Below, in pieces: positions 26,955-36,096 of a DNA stretch of 36,212 nucleotides. The stretch spans positions 1 to 36,212 of the forward strand of contig JAZDJN010000002.1 in NCBI GenBank assembly GCA_043803945.1, written 5' to 3'. A program made the position numbers and the translations under genes. Under the pieces are notes generated by a model that worked only from the letters and a program-made list of their open reading frames with translations, made no database searches and had not been told where the DNA came from. How positions within the stretch are numbered: position 1 is the stretch's first letter; every line of letters begins with the position of its first letter. The stretch comes from a bacterium (GTDB lineage: Bacteria > Bacteroidota > Ignavibacteria > UBA10030).

Positions 26955-29792
26955 TTAGAGAGTAATATCGATACCCAGGCGGAACTGACGCGGCGCTTCG
27001 ACGGTCGTTCCAACGATTCCACCCAATTCGAGCGTGCCACTCGGAATGAAACTGGTTTCCGGATCTACCTTTGTTGCTTTGGTCGCGAATGTCGCAATGT
27101 TCCGTACGCTGGCTGTGATGTAAGCACCGTTGAGAATATTGCGAGGTAGTCGGTAGCGAATCGACAACTCTCTCCACTTTAACCAGTCGCCTTTTTCCAC
27201 AAGATAATACGAAGCGGTATTCCTATTATAGGCAACTGAACCGGTTTCAACTTTTGGAATTAACGCAATCACCTCTTGATATAATACTGGATTGGCAAGT
27301 GCGTTAACCATTTTTCGTGAAAGTGATTGATTAATAATATAATGACCAAAGGCTCCTTCAAACAGCGTTGTAATGCTGATATCTTTGAACAGTACAATAT
27401 CACCACCAAACGATGTCGTGAGAGTTGGGGTTGGTGTTCCAACATAAACCTCGTCAGAATTACCGCGATATGTTCCATCCGCTTCGAGTCTCGGTTTCAC
27501 TGCACGGATTGTTCCGACGGGTGATCCAACATGAGCTCGCATGGGTGCAAATAAAAACCCGGTAATGGTAAATTCGGCTGCTCCACCCAGGCTTGTGAGT
27601 TCGTTATACAGTGTCGCAACGGTTCCCCTCAAGTTTACGCTCAGATCTTCCGACTCCACAGCGGCTGCACGGATAGAGACCTCAATTCCACGATTAAGGA
27701 TCTCAGCAACATTCCGGCGTTGGTTGCCCAGGCCGGCTGCAGGATCTTCAGTGATATTCCCGAAACCGCCATTAGTGATCTGTCGGAAATATGAAAATTC
27801 AACCGAGAGACGGTCATTGAAAAATCCTGCGTCGAATCCGGCATCAATCGATGTGGTCTTTTCCGGTAGAAGGTCTTTGTTTCCTGGATTACCAAACGCA
27901 AGTCCGACATCATTCATATAATTTGCAGCACCGTACTGACGGTCTCGTGTGAAGGGAGGTGGGAAGCTTCCGGTTTTACCCCATGATCCGCGGACTTTAA
28001 AATTGCTGATCGTAGACCTGATGGCCTCTGGCCACCATTCTTCTTCAGCAATGTTGTAGGCGACGCCGACTTTTGGATAGGTTTGAATACCAATATTTTT
28101 TCCGAACGCTGAGTTCCCATCGAACCGCACACCGACATCGAAATAGATACGGTCGAATAGTGCAATTTGATCTAACACATGGAATCCATAGCTGAATAAT
28201 TCCTGATTTACTTCGAATCCGGTAATGACCGAAGCGTTATCGAAATCTTTTGTTCCAGGGATTTTAAATGTAGTTCCTGATCCGCCGACATTACGGTCGT
28301 CGACCCGAAATGCCTGATACCCGGCGATAAGTTTCTGAGACACAGGTCCCACTTCAGGAAGCGTAAAGGATGCATTGTAAGCGAGCGTTAAGGTCTTATA
28401 TTCCCGATCAGACCGGTTCAGATATCCACCGACTGTGCCGAAGAATGCACCACCCTCCATGGGAACGAACACGCGGTCTTCACTCTTTCGGTAATCGACA
28501 CCGACGATGAATTTATTTTCCCACCAGGAGAAAGGTTGGTATGTTAAATTGGTGGAGGTGATGAAACGATTCGATGTTTCATAGAATTCGTTTAACATAT
28601 GTTGAGCGAGCAAACTATCTTTGTTCGAGGAAATGTCAAACCTGCCTTCAATTTCCATGTTGCTCAGTATCCCTTGAGAACTATTGTCATTGTACATCTT
28701 TCCGAATCTGTTTCGCGAGTAGTTGGCAGAGAATTCAAGGCTAGCCACTTCTGAAACGACAACGCGAACTCCGCCGGATAAATTGTAAAGCTGATCGTTC
28801 AGTCTATTCTCCAGAGCGACACCTTTATTCTCCCTGATTTGTCCCGCAACGTTGTACGAGATCACATCGCTGCCGCCGGTGGCAGCCAGCCGATAACTCT
28901 GGAATGCGCCATCCTGGAAAAACTTATCTTTAGTGTATTGAGAAACGATATTTTCAAGGTGAGGCATATCCATACCGCCGACAATACTTGCTGACCAGCG
29001 AATTGCACCGGGTGTACCTTTTTTGGTAAAGATCTGGATGACGCCATTCGCAGCTTCTGAACCGTACAGCGTTGCAGCTGCACCGCCTTTAATGACTTCA
29101 ATTCTATCGATTTCGCCTGTCATGATATCTGCAAGAGCTGTGGAGCGTGTGCCGCCTGTTCCATTGCTACTCAGATACGACATGCTGTTATCGACGCGAA
29201 TTCCATCCACGTAAATCACAGGAGTTGTTTGTGAGAAGGCACCTTTGACTCCTCGTGTTAAGATACGGGCGCCCTGGCCGGGAGCACCGCCCTGTTGGAG
29301 TGCAGTCATACCAGGTATTCTACCCTGCAGTACGGCATCGAGTGTTTTCACCGGAATATTTTCTAAATCCTTTGCCGAGACGGATTCGACAGTTGATGCC
29401 AAGCGTCGTTTTTCTGTAGCGAAGCCCTGTCCGGTTACGACCACTTCATCCAATTGTACTGTTGTGGCGGTCAGCACAAAGTCCACTGTTGCCGGACGTC
29501 CTGCCGCAACGGTCACTTCTTTGGAAAGATTCTTATAGCCAACGAATCTGGCAATCACATTAAACTTGCCGGCCGGCACTTTTCTGATGACGAAGTTGCC
29601 TTCGAGATCAGTAACCGTTCCGATCGTTGTGCCCTCGAGAATGATATTGGCACCAATCAGTGCTTCACTTCTCGTGGCATCTTTTGCTGTTCCGCGAATC
29701 TCGCCGGTTTCCTGGGCAACAAGCACCGAGGAAGTACAGACGAGAATTACGAGGAAGAAACTGACCGCTAAAAATTGTAGCGATTGTTTCAT
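26955..29792 (-). CDS. SusC/RagA family TonB-dependent outer membrane receptor
   Basis: Signal peptide, CarboxypepD_reg-like N-domain, LDEVVVTG, plug PVIYVDG...IEVIKGGAAATLYGSEAANGVIQIFTKKG, GNKDLLPE, and C-terminal PRQFRLGIDITL. GGAGG RBS before ATG 29792. Confidence 0.92.
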   Translation of the reverse strand: MKQSLQFLAVSFFLVILVCTSSVLVAQETGEIRGTAKDATRSEALIGANIILEGTTIGTVTDLEGNFVIRKVPAGKFNVIARFVGYKNLSKEVTVAAGRPATVDFVLTATTVQLDEVVVTGQGFATEKRRLASTVESVSAKDLENIPVKTLDAVLQGRIPGMTALQQGGAPGQGARILTRGVKGAFSQTTPVIYVDGIRVDNSMSYLSSNGTGGTRSTALADIMTGEIDRIEVIKGGAAATLYGSEAANGVIQIFTKKGTPGAIRWSASIVGGMDMPHLENIVSQYTKDKFFQDGAFQSYRLAATGGSDVISYNVAGQIRENKGVALENRLNDQLYNLSGGVRVVVSEVASLEFSANYSRNRFGKMYNDNSSQGILSNMEIEGRFDISSNKDSLLAQHMLNEFYETSNRFITSTNLTYQPFSWWENKFIVGVDYRKSEDRVFVPMEGGAFFGTVGGYLNRSDREYKTLTLAYNASFTLPEVGPVSQKLIAGYQAFRVDDRNVGGSGTTFKIPGTKDFDNASVITGFEVNQELFSYGFHVLDQIALFDRIYFDVGVRFDGNSAFGKNIGIQTYPKVGVAYNIAEEEWWPEAIRSTISNFKVRGSWGKTGSFPPPFTRDRQYGAANYMNDVGLAFGNPGNKDLLPEKTTSIDAGFDAGFFNDRLSVEFSYFRQITNGGFGNITEDPAAGLGNQRRNVAEILNRGIEVSIRAAAVESEDLSVNLRGTVATLYNELTSLGGAAEFTITGFLFAPMRAHVGSPVGTIRAVKPRLEADGTYRGNSDEVYVGTPTPTLTTSFGGDIVLFKDISITTLFEGAFGHYIINQSLSRKMVNALANPVLYQEVIALIPKVETGSVAYNRNTASYYLVEKGDWLKWRELSIRYRLPRNILNGAYITASVRNIATFATKATKVDPETSFIPSGTLELGGIVGTTVEAPRQFRLGIDITL

Positions 29793-30006
29793 GGATACCT
29801 CCTGCAATAAATGAATCGTGGATGTGGATTATTGAGAATCTCACGAAGAATAATGAGATTATTGTAATTTGAAACCTTCTTCTCTCTAAAGCCGCCATTG
29901 CTGCATGACGTGAATATGCAGCTTCACTCGTCGACAACAACTCCAAAAGGTGCTCAACTTCTCGTTTGCTCGAAACGCGAATATTTCCCTCTGCGTGCTG
30001 CCGGAA

Positions 30007-30014
30007 CAAATATA
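30007..30014 (-). promoter_or_regulatory. Putative Bacteroidota-type -7 promoter element (TAnnTTTG) for the SusC-like gene
   Basis: TATATTTG on the minus strand about 215 nt upstream of the SusC start, in AT-rich sequence. Confidence 0.35.
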
Positions 30015-30140
30015 CAAAAAAAAATCAGGTTAACCATTTATCCCAAAAATATTTACATCAGGCAAAAAACTGAGTATTTTCAAACAACCATCGGAGAAAC
30101 AATCTCCGCTCTTTCCATCATCATTTCAGATGAGGGTTAT

Positions 30141-30524
30141 ATGAAACAGATATTCCTCGTTGCCTGCGTCTTCCTGCTGTTTGGTTGTGCTGGAACAACC
30201 GATGCTGTAAAATCCACTTCATCGAGTGATATATTGACAGGAACCGAGATTGAAACCACCTCCGCCTACTCGGCGATGGATGCTGTCCGAATCAAACGCC
30301 CGACCTTTTTGAGAGCTCGCGGTCCAAAAGCAATTGGATCCGTTTCGCGCTCGAATATTAAACCGGTTGTCTATATTAATGGAGCATACCATGGTGAACT
30401 GGAGTCCCTCAACAATATCCTTGCTGCAACGGTGAAAGAGATTCGTTACATCGAACCGGGAAATGCGACCATGCAGTACGGATCCGGGCATGTTGCAGGA
30501 ATTATCATGGTTATTACCAAGTGA
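30141..30524 (+). CDS. Lipoprotein consisting of a stand-alone TonB-receptor plug-like domain (127 aa)
   Basis: MKQIFLVACVFLLFG-C lipobox; PVVYING...VKEIRYI...ATMQYG...AGIIMVITK plug signature, then stop. GAGG RBS. Confidence 0.8.
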   Translation: MKQIFLVACVFLLFGCAGTTDAVKSTSSSDILTGTEIETTSAYSAMDAVRIKRPTFLRARGPKAIGSVSRSNIKPVVYINGAYHGELESLNNILAATVKEIRYIEPGNATMQYGSGHVAGIIMVITK

Positions 30525-30995
30525 TATCCAAGTGCCGTTCTTTGGTCGAATCATCTTTTAGAAATTTCTTTTAGAACCAGTATCACATTCTGTTTTCTAT
30601 GAGGGGAGGTACTGCCGGAAAATTATTCCGTGGCCCGACAAATCCTCGTTGACTCTTCACGCTCCCATGTGTTGTCGAATTAATAGAAGATTGACAAAGA
30701 ATACTATCAATTTGTGACGATCAGAGAAAAATCTAATGTGAAACTCCGAATTATGGCTATGAGCGATTTGACGCGCTCACAAGAGGCAGCTGCAAATTCA
30801 ATGATGGAAAATTTGCTTGTCAGATGGAATAAAAATATCTTTTATTCAAACAGACCGGAACTATTATTCCAATTGCACCTGTTTTCTTTGTTCGAGTCAA
30901 GGGGGATTTTTCCTTTCTGGTCAACGTAACGTGTCCGGTTTATTTCCCTTTATCTGAGAAGGTACCATTCGATTGGATCTATCGAGAGGTCTCCG

Positions 30996-31865
30996 ATGAA
31001 AAAAAACAATCCCGAACAACTTAGTTTCGAAAAAATTCAGAAACGGATCCGCTCATCCCTTTCTTCCCTGACTGAAACCGATCGAAGAATTGCGCTCTAT
31101 ATTTTGGAAAACCATAATCTCGTGGCATTATCCACGATTAGTGAACTCTCTGATTCACTCAAGGTGGGGCGTGCATCGGTTGTGCGGTTGGTACAGAAGC
31201 TCGGTTATAAAAGCTTTTCATCGCTGAAAGCTGAAATGAAAACACTCCTCCATAATGAGATTCGACCGATGGAAAGTTTTCACCTTGCCCTCGATCGACA
31301 GACCACGCAGCATCGTTATTTACATCCTATTGCCGACCAGGAAGTGAGAAATATCAATGCCACGCTCTCTATGATTGATGAAAAGGACTTTAAACAGGCT
31401 GTACAAATGCTTCAGCATGCGGATGAGATTTTCACTGTAGGGATGGGGATCTCGTCGTATCTTGCCGGTATGGCAGCGTACCTGTTGCGAAGAACCGGTT
31501 TGCGGGCGGTGCCTTTAACTCAGATCGGCAACAGATTCACCGAACAATTGCTCACGATCGATAAAAACGATTTGTTGCTTGCGTTCTCGATGCCGCCATA
31601 TCTGCAGGAAACACTGGATGCTGCTGAATTTGCCCGTCAACAAGGTGCGAAGGTGATTGGTGTAACGAACAGTCCAACATCGCCAATTGTCCGGTTGGCT
31701 GACCTCTATCTCCTGGCAAAGACAGAAAGTAAAACTTTCACCAATTCGGTATGCGGACTGATCGTGTTAGTTACCGCACTTGCAGCAGAAGTGGCCACAC
31801 AGAATCCCAAACGATCGCAGGATACCTTTCAGAAAATTTTGACCCTGCAGAGCAAACGTCATTAA
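30996..31865 (+). CDS. MurR/RpiR family transcriptional regulator
   Basis: LTETDRRIALYIL...ASVVRLVQKLGYKSF HTH; SIS domain GMGISS, FSMPPY, GVTNSPTSP. Confidence 0.92.
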   Translation: MKKNNPEQLSFEKIQKRIRSSLSSLTETDRRIALYILENHNLVALSTISELSDSLKVGRASVVRLVQKLGYKSFSSLKAEMKTLLHNEIRPMESFHLALDRQTTQHRYLHPIADQEVRNINATLSMIDEKDFKQAVQMLQHADEIFTVGMGISSYLAGMAAYLLRRTGLRAVPLTQIGNRFTEQLLTIDKNDLLLAFSMPPYLQETLDAAEFARQQGAKVIGVTNSPTSPIVRLADLYLLAKTESKTFTNSVCGLIVLVTALAAEVATQNPKRSQDTFQKILTLQSKRH

Positions 31866-31898
31866 CAGAATAGCGGATCCGGTTCCAGATAAGATGCA

Positions 31899-33362
31899 TC
31901 ACCGGTTTGCGAAACTCAGTGAAATCAGGAAACCCACTTTGGCAATTTCGGCCATGATATCCGGATTGATCCGGTAGATCGTATCGCCCGGCTGATGGTA
32001 CGCAAGGTGTGGTCCATTGGAACCGAAGGTCACCACAGGTGCTCCCATTTTGAAGAACCATGCAAAGTCGCTTGAACGCACACCGATGGTTCTGATCGGG
32101 CTTTTCCCGCGAATGATCTTCACTTGAACATCAGCCTCGTCGATGCACTGTTTGAGATATGAAGGAGATTCACTGTATCCGCACTATGCACCATCGCCCT
32201 CGCCTACCATATCGAAGTTGATCATTCCGGCAACCTTATTGAACGGTTTCGGCAGATTTTCCGAAACATACTTTGAACCCTCGAGCCCTTTTTCCTCGCC
32301 GCCAAAGAGAATGCAAACAACTGATCGTTTAGGTGGACTTTGCTTTAAAGTCGCAAAGGCCTGAGCGATTTCCATGACGACAGCACTTCCGCTTGCATTA
32401 TCTTCAGCCCCTGTGAAGATGATTCCGGCATGAAGTCCGCAATGGTCGTAGTGTGCACCGAGGATGATACACTCCTCTTTCAATGCCGGATCGGATCCTT
32501 CAAGGATTCCAATGATATTATATCCTATTCCATCGGGATAATGCTGTGATTGAACATGGTAACGGGCTTTCGATTTAAAGTTAAAGGATCGAGGAGTTTT
32601 GGAATCGAGAAGGTTCTTGAGCAGCTCGGCCGACTTCAATCCCTGTTCCTCCAAAAGAAGATCGGCTGTTTTATAACTTACCTGAATGGGACAAAATCCT
32701 TTGATCCAATCGCCATTGGGGTTTGCATTGACGGTTTCATAGATGTAGATCAGACCGAGCGCACCCTTGTCTTTTGCCACCTTCATTCGTGTCCGGTGTT
32801 CATCATAATAGGTAAAGAGAGAATCATCGTTGTGACGCGGTGTGCCGCGGAAACAGACAACAAGCTTATTCTGGACGTCAACACCTGCATAGTCATCATA
32901 CTGAAGTGCAGGAGCATTAATGCCCCATCCGACAAAGACCAACTCCGCTTCGAACTTGCCGCTGTCTGTGAATATGAGAGGGAAGAAGTCCTTGTTCATC
33001 TCTAATTTCACTTCTTTCGTCGTTCCCGATTCCGTCGGAAGCAGCAATGTCATCTCAGCGGAAGAAATCAAAGTATAGGGCGATGGATAGGGTTGCAGGT
33101 ATCCGTTTCGAGTGTCGTACGGTTTCAATCCCCATTCGTTGAATTGAGAAGCAGCCCATCGCGCCGCTTCGGTATATCCCTTATCTCCGGTGTAGCGACC
33201 GGCATATTCGGGCAGACACATGGTGCGGCAATACTCGTAGACATCGTGCCTGTTGATTGTTGAAAATCCTGGTGGAAGTTTCTTCTCTGAATATTGTGCC
33301 TTGAGTTGAGCAGATGAGGTGAGGATGATTATGATAGCGAGAATGTTGATGAAACGTTTCAT
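31899..33362 (-). pseudogene. M28 family peptidase with PA domain, interrupted by a single in-frame TAG (32184-32186)
   Basis: GAHYDH, GAEDNASG, GEEKGLEGS, NFDMVG, then TAG. The same frame continues to SSDFAWF...YHQPGD and ends at 31899. Confidence 0.8.
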
Positions 33363-33449
33363 AGTTCAGGCTCCAATGGTATCGAAGGAAAAATCTGGAA
33401 CGAATAGTGGGAGAAAATTGAGAGAGATTCAAGTGTATGTTGGAAAAGC

Positions 33450-33815
33450 AGAAGTCCGTCTTTTTTCCAGATGAACCGATGTTAAAAGACGAACTTCTTA
33501 GCTTGGGATTGCCATCCCAACCCTCACCCTGATTATAAATCATCCCTCTCCCGTCACGCGGGAGAGGGACTTGAAGGTGAGGGAGGAAAATCGGTATTAC
33601 TATGCGATAACTTCTGACTCTTCTGCACCTGATAATTCTCGTACTGAATCGCATACTTTGTTCTCCGCGCATCCGCAGAATCGAGTAGGTATTATTGCTC
33701 CTGGATAAATGCGCTTCCGGTTCTTGTTACTGCGACGGCGGTGGGAGGAGGGTAATTCGTGCTGGGTGATCCGAATATCTGTAGCATTCGGTCTTCTTTT
33801 TAATCGAATTGTTGC
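33450..33815 (-). repeat. Degenerate direct-repeat copy of the vWA 3' end plus its hairpin trailer
   Basis: Aligns by eye to about 34451-34840. Translates in part as LLDSADARRTKYAIQYENYQVQK versus LLDSADARRAKKAIQFENYQVQR. Confidence 0.85.
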
Positions 33816-33834
33816 ATCAGAGTTGCACGAACAG

Positions 33835-34095
33835 TTATGATGGTGCCGTTACAACCTCGACACCATTCGTCCAGAGTTCATACTCACTCAAGTCAACTTC
33901 ATCATTCCAGTAAATGCCATAACCACCCGAATCAACTTTCACAGCCTTAAAAAAAACATCATTCTTTAGTATCTGGAAAACTTCCATTTCGAGCAATGGA
34001 GTACAGTTATAGATTTTTTGAACACCATTAACGAATCTGACTTCTAATTTATTATTTTCCAGTGCTTGAACCGAAAGAATTTTTTGGGTGTTCAT
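33835..34095 (-). CDS. DUF2442 domain protein (putative antitoxin)
   Basis: ILSVQALENNKLEVRFVNG...GYGIYWNDEVDL pattern; lies 5 bp downstream of the DUF4160 gene. Confidence 0.82.
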   Translation of the reverse strand: MNTQKILSVQALENNKLEVRFVNGVQKIYNCTPLLEMEVFQILKNDVFFKAVKVDSGGYGIYWNDEVDLSEYELWTNGVEVVTAPS

Positions 34096-34100
34096 CGTTC

Positions 34101-34355
34101 TTACTCCAATCCTGGCAACTGCTTGAACTCATTGTTCTGCCACATACGCAGTAATTCGTTTTGATAGATCATTCCCCATTCCTTCACTAATTTTTGTGAT
34201 CTCGATGGTAGATCTCCTTCGATCATTTCCAAAGTTTCAATTGCAAATATGCCATTGAATTCACCATAGACAGCGTGAAAATGGGGGATACCGTGTTCAC
34301 TCTGACTGAAGTACATTTTGATGACAATGCCATAGAAGCGAGCAATAACGGGCAT
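34101..34355 (-). CDS. DUF4160 domain protein (putative toxin)
   Basis: MPVIARFYGIVIKMYF...EHGIPHFHAVYG...C-terminal LPGLE; AAGGAG RBS. Confidence 0.87.
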   Translation of the reverse strand: MPVIARFYGIVIKMYFSQSEHGIPHFHAVYGEFNGIFAIETLEMIEGDLPSRSQKLVKEWGMIYQNELLRMWQNNEFKQLPGLE

Positions 34356-34402
34356 AGATTTCTCCTTTTAATACACTTCAAATTGCCCTTCAATACATTC
34401 CA

Positions 34403-34431
34403 ACATTATCACTTTTCAAATTGATTGTCAA
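34403..34431 (-). promoter_or_regulatory. Sigma70-type promoter of the DUF4160/DUF2442 pair
   Basis: TTGACA (34426-34431) - 17 bp - TAATGT (34403-34408) on the minus strand. Confidence 0.55.
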
Positions 34432-34450
34432 GTTAGAGCCGGAATGAGAT

Positions 34451-34604
34451 AGAAGTCCGTCTTTTTCCAAGATTGACCATGAGGAAAAGGCGGACTTCTT
34501 ACCTCACGATTACCACCCAACCCTCGCCCTGTTTATGAACTGTCCCTCTCCCGTTCTGCGGGAGAGGGACATAGGGCGAGGGAGAAAAATCGATACTACT
34601 CTGC
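34451..34604. repeat. Double-hairpin intergenic element (copy adjoining the intact vWA gene)
   Basis: AGAAGTCCGTCTTTT...AAAAGGCGGACTTCT, plus nested CCCTCGCCCT...TCCCTCTCCCG/CGGGAGAGGGA...AGGGCGAGGG. Homologous to 33450-33605. Confidence 0.8.
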
Positions 34605-35927
34605 TTACTTCTTCCCCCTCTGTACCTGATAGTTTTCAAACTGAATCGCTTTCTTCGCCCTTCGAGCATCTGCAGAATCGAGAAGCTGCTGCTTGTAGGA
34701 ATCGAGTCTTGAGCGCTGCTCACGGAGACGGCCGCTTCCGGTTCCCCCGGTCATTGCTGCCGGCGAGGCTCCCAGCTCCTGCTGTGTGGATTGGATGAGC
34801 TGCAATGCTTCTCCTTTTTTCCCCTCATCCAGGGCTTTCATTGCTCTCTCTATAGAACGGGTTGAAAGAGCGACATCAACCTTCGCCTGTGTCTCGAGAT
34901 CGCGATTCTTATCAACCTCGACAATGTTTCGGGTATATCGAACAGTTGTCGTAAAAGATGGTTTCCGATCGATGCGTCCTCGCTCGTCATCGAATTGGAG
35001 TTCACCGCGTGCGACAAGCAAGGAACCTGTTCCTTCAGGAACTTCAAGCTCAAATGTCAACTCCCGATACTCGCCTGAATAAATATCTCCCAATGGAATT
35101 CTATTCCGGTCGCCTCGCGATTCCCGCTCGCAGCCAATCACATCGTGTAGACGGACTCCACGGCCCAGTGACAGTTCCAACATGGCATTCTGCGCTACAA
35201 CCGCTGAGAGTTGATTGAATTCCTTGCTCACAATCGTCGCGAAGTTTCTGGGGCTCTCGATAAAGTAATAATTGCCTCCACCGCTTTCAGACAATCCGAC
35301 CATCATATTCTCGTTATAATCAAGTCCGACACCAATGGTTGTAAGAGAGATTGACTGGTTTCTGTAAGTCCGAGCTCTCCTTCTCAATTCATACGGATCG
35401 ACGATGCCGCGGTTCGCCAGTCCATCGGAAATGAGTATGACTCTATTCACATACTCTCTATCGAGATTCTTTTCCACTTGCGCGAAACCTTCGAGCATAC
35501 CACCTCCGAGATTTGTCGTGTTGCGGGGAGAGATATCATCGACCATCCGATGCAGCTTACGCTTATCGGTCACTCTTCTTCCGCTTGTTAAGACGTCGAT
35601 CTCATCATCATAGATCACGAGGGAAAAGAGATCCTTTTCCTCAAGCTGATCGATGAGGGAGTGCAGTGCCTTCTTAGCGTAGTCGATTTTTCTGTCGTCT
35701 GCCATTGAACCGCTCCGATCGAGCACAACGGCGAGGTTCATCGGGCGGCGTGCGCGGGATTCGAGTTTCGGGGCATGAATCGATACATGCAGATAGACCT
35801 TTCCACCGTGATGCGAAATGAACGGTGTGTTTAATCTGCCGTCCAGCGAAATCGCCGTTGTTCGTTCGGAGGAAATTCCGAAGGAACTGAAGAGCAGAAA
35901 TGTCGCGATAAATATCAGGTGTCTCAT
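34605..35927 (-). CDS. Secreted von Willebrand factor A domain protein (YfbK-like)
   Basis: Signal peptide from ATG 35927 (GGAGG RBS); MIDAS DRSGSM, TNLGGG, LISDGLAN, GGGNYYFI. Confidence 0.9.
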   Translation of the reverse strand: MRHLIFIATFLLFSSFGISSERTTAISLDGRLNTPFISHHGGKVYLHVSIHAPKLESRARRPMNLAVVLDRSGSMADDRKIDYAKKALHSLIDQLEEKDLFSLVIYDDEIDVLTSGRRVTDKRKLHRMVDDISPRNTTNLGGGMLEGFAQVEKNLDREYVNRVILISDGLANRGIVDPYELRRRARTYRNQSISLTTIGVGLDYNENMMVGLSESGGGNYYFIESPRNFATIVSKEFNQLSAVVAQNAMLELSLGRGVRLHDVIGCERESRGDRNRIPLGDIYSGEYRELTFELEVPEGTGSLLVARGELQFDDERGRIDRKPSFTTTVRYTRNIVEVDKNRDLETQAKVDVALSTRSIERAMKALDEGKKGEALQLIQSTQQELGASPAAMTGGTGSGRLREQRSRLDSYKQQLLDSADARRAKKAIQFENYQVQRGKK

Positions 35928-35976
35928 TGTTCTATCCTCCACATTATTCGTTGTATTGATTGCGTCTCGTTTTTCT

Positions 35977-36096
35977 TTCTCCCCCTTTTTCAAAGGGGGC
36001 CGGCCCGCTCCGCCGAAGCGGGAGCGAGGCTGGAGGGGGATTTCGAAAATCTTCTTCCTCCTCAGCAAAACCAAATCCCCCTTCCCCCCTTTACGA
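35977..36096. repeat. Degenerate REP-like palindromic arms
   Basis: CCCCCTTTTTCAAAGGGGGC...GAGGGGGATTT faces an inverted partial copy AAATCCCCCTTCCCCCCTTT. A GC-rich mini-hairpin (CCCGCTCCGCCGAAGCGGG) lies inside. Confidence 0.5.

Noticed and set aside
29898-30140. N-terminal extension of the 208-aa ORF in the track
   Set aside because: It runs through AT-rich promoter DNA. ATG 30141 has an RBS and begins a proper lipoprotein signal.
30714-30929. 71-aa ORF upstream of rpiR
   Set aside because: No RBS or domain, and it overlaps probable promoter/operator sequence.
32184-32186. Genome-wide TAG reassignment (alternative genetic code)
   Set aside because: Several complete genes in the window end at TAG at their expected family C-terminus, and only one internal TAG was found.
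33181-33672. 163-aa minus-strand ORF (and the 74-aa ORF at 34499..34723)
   Set aside because: Both are read-throughs of the duplicated hairpin trailer. Their mutual similarity reflects the DNA repeat, not a protein family.
35928-36074. N-terminal extension of the vWA ORF
   Set aside because: It translates a REP-like repeat. ATG 35927 has GGAGG and starts the signal peptide.
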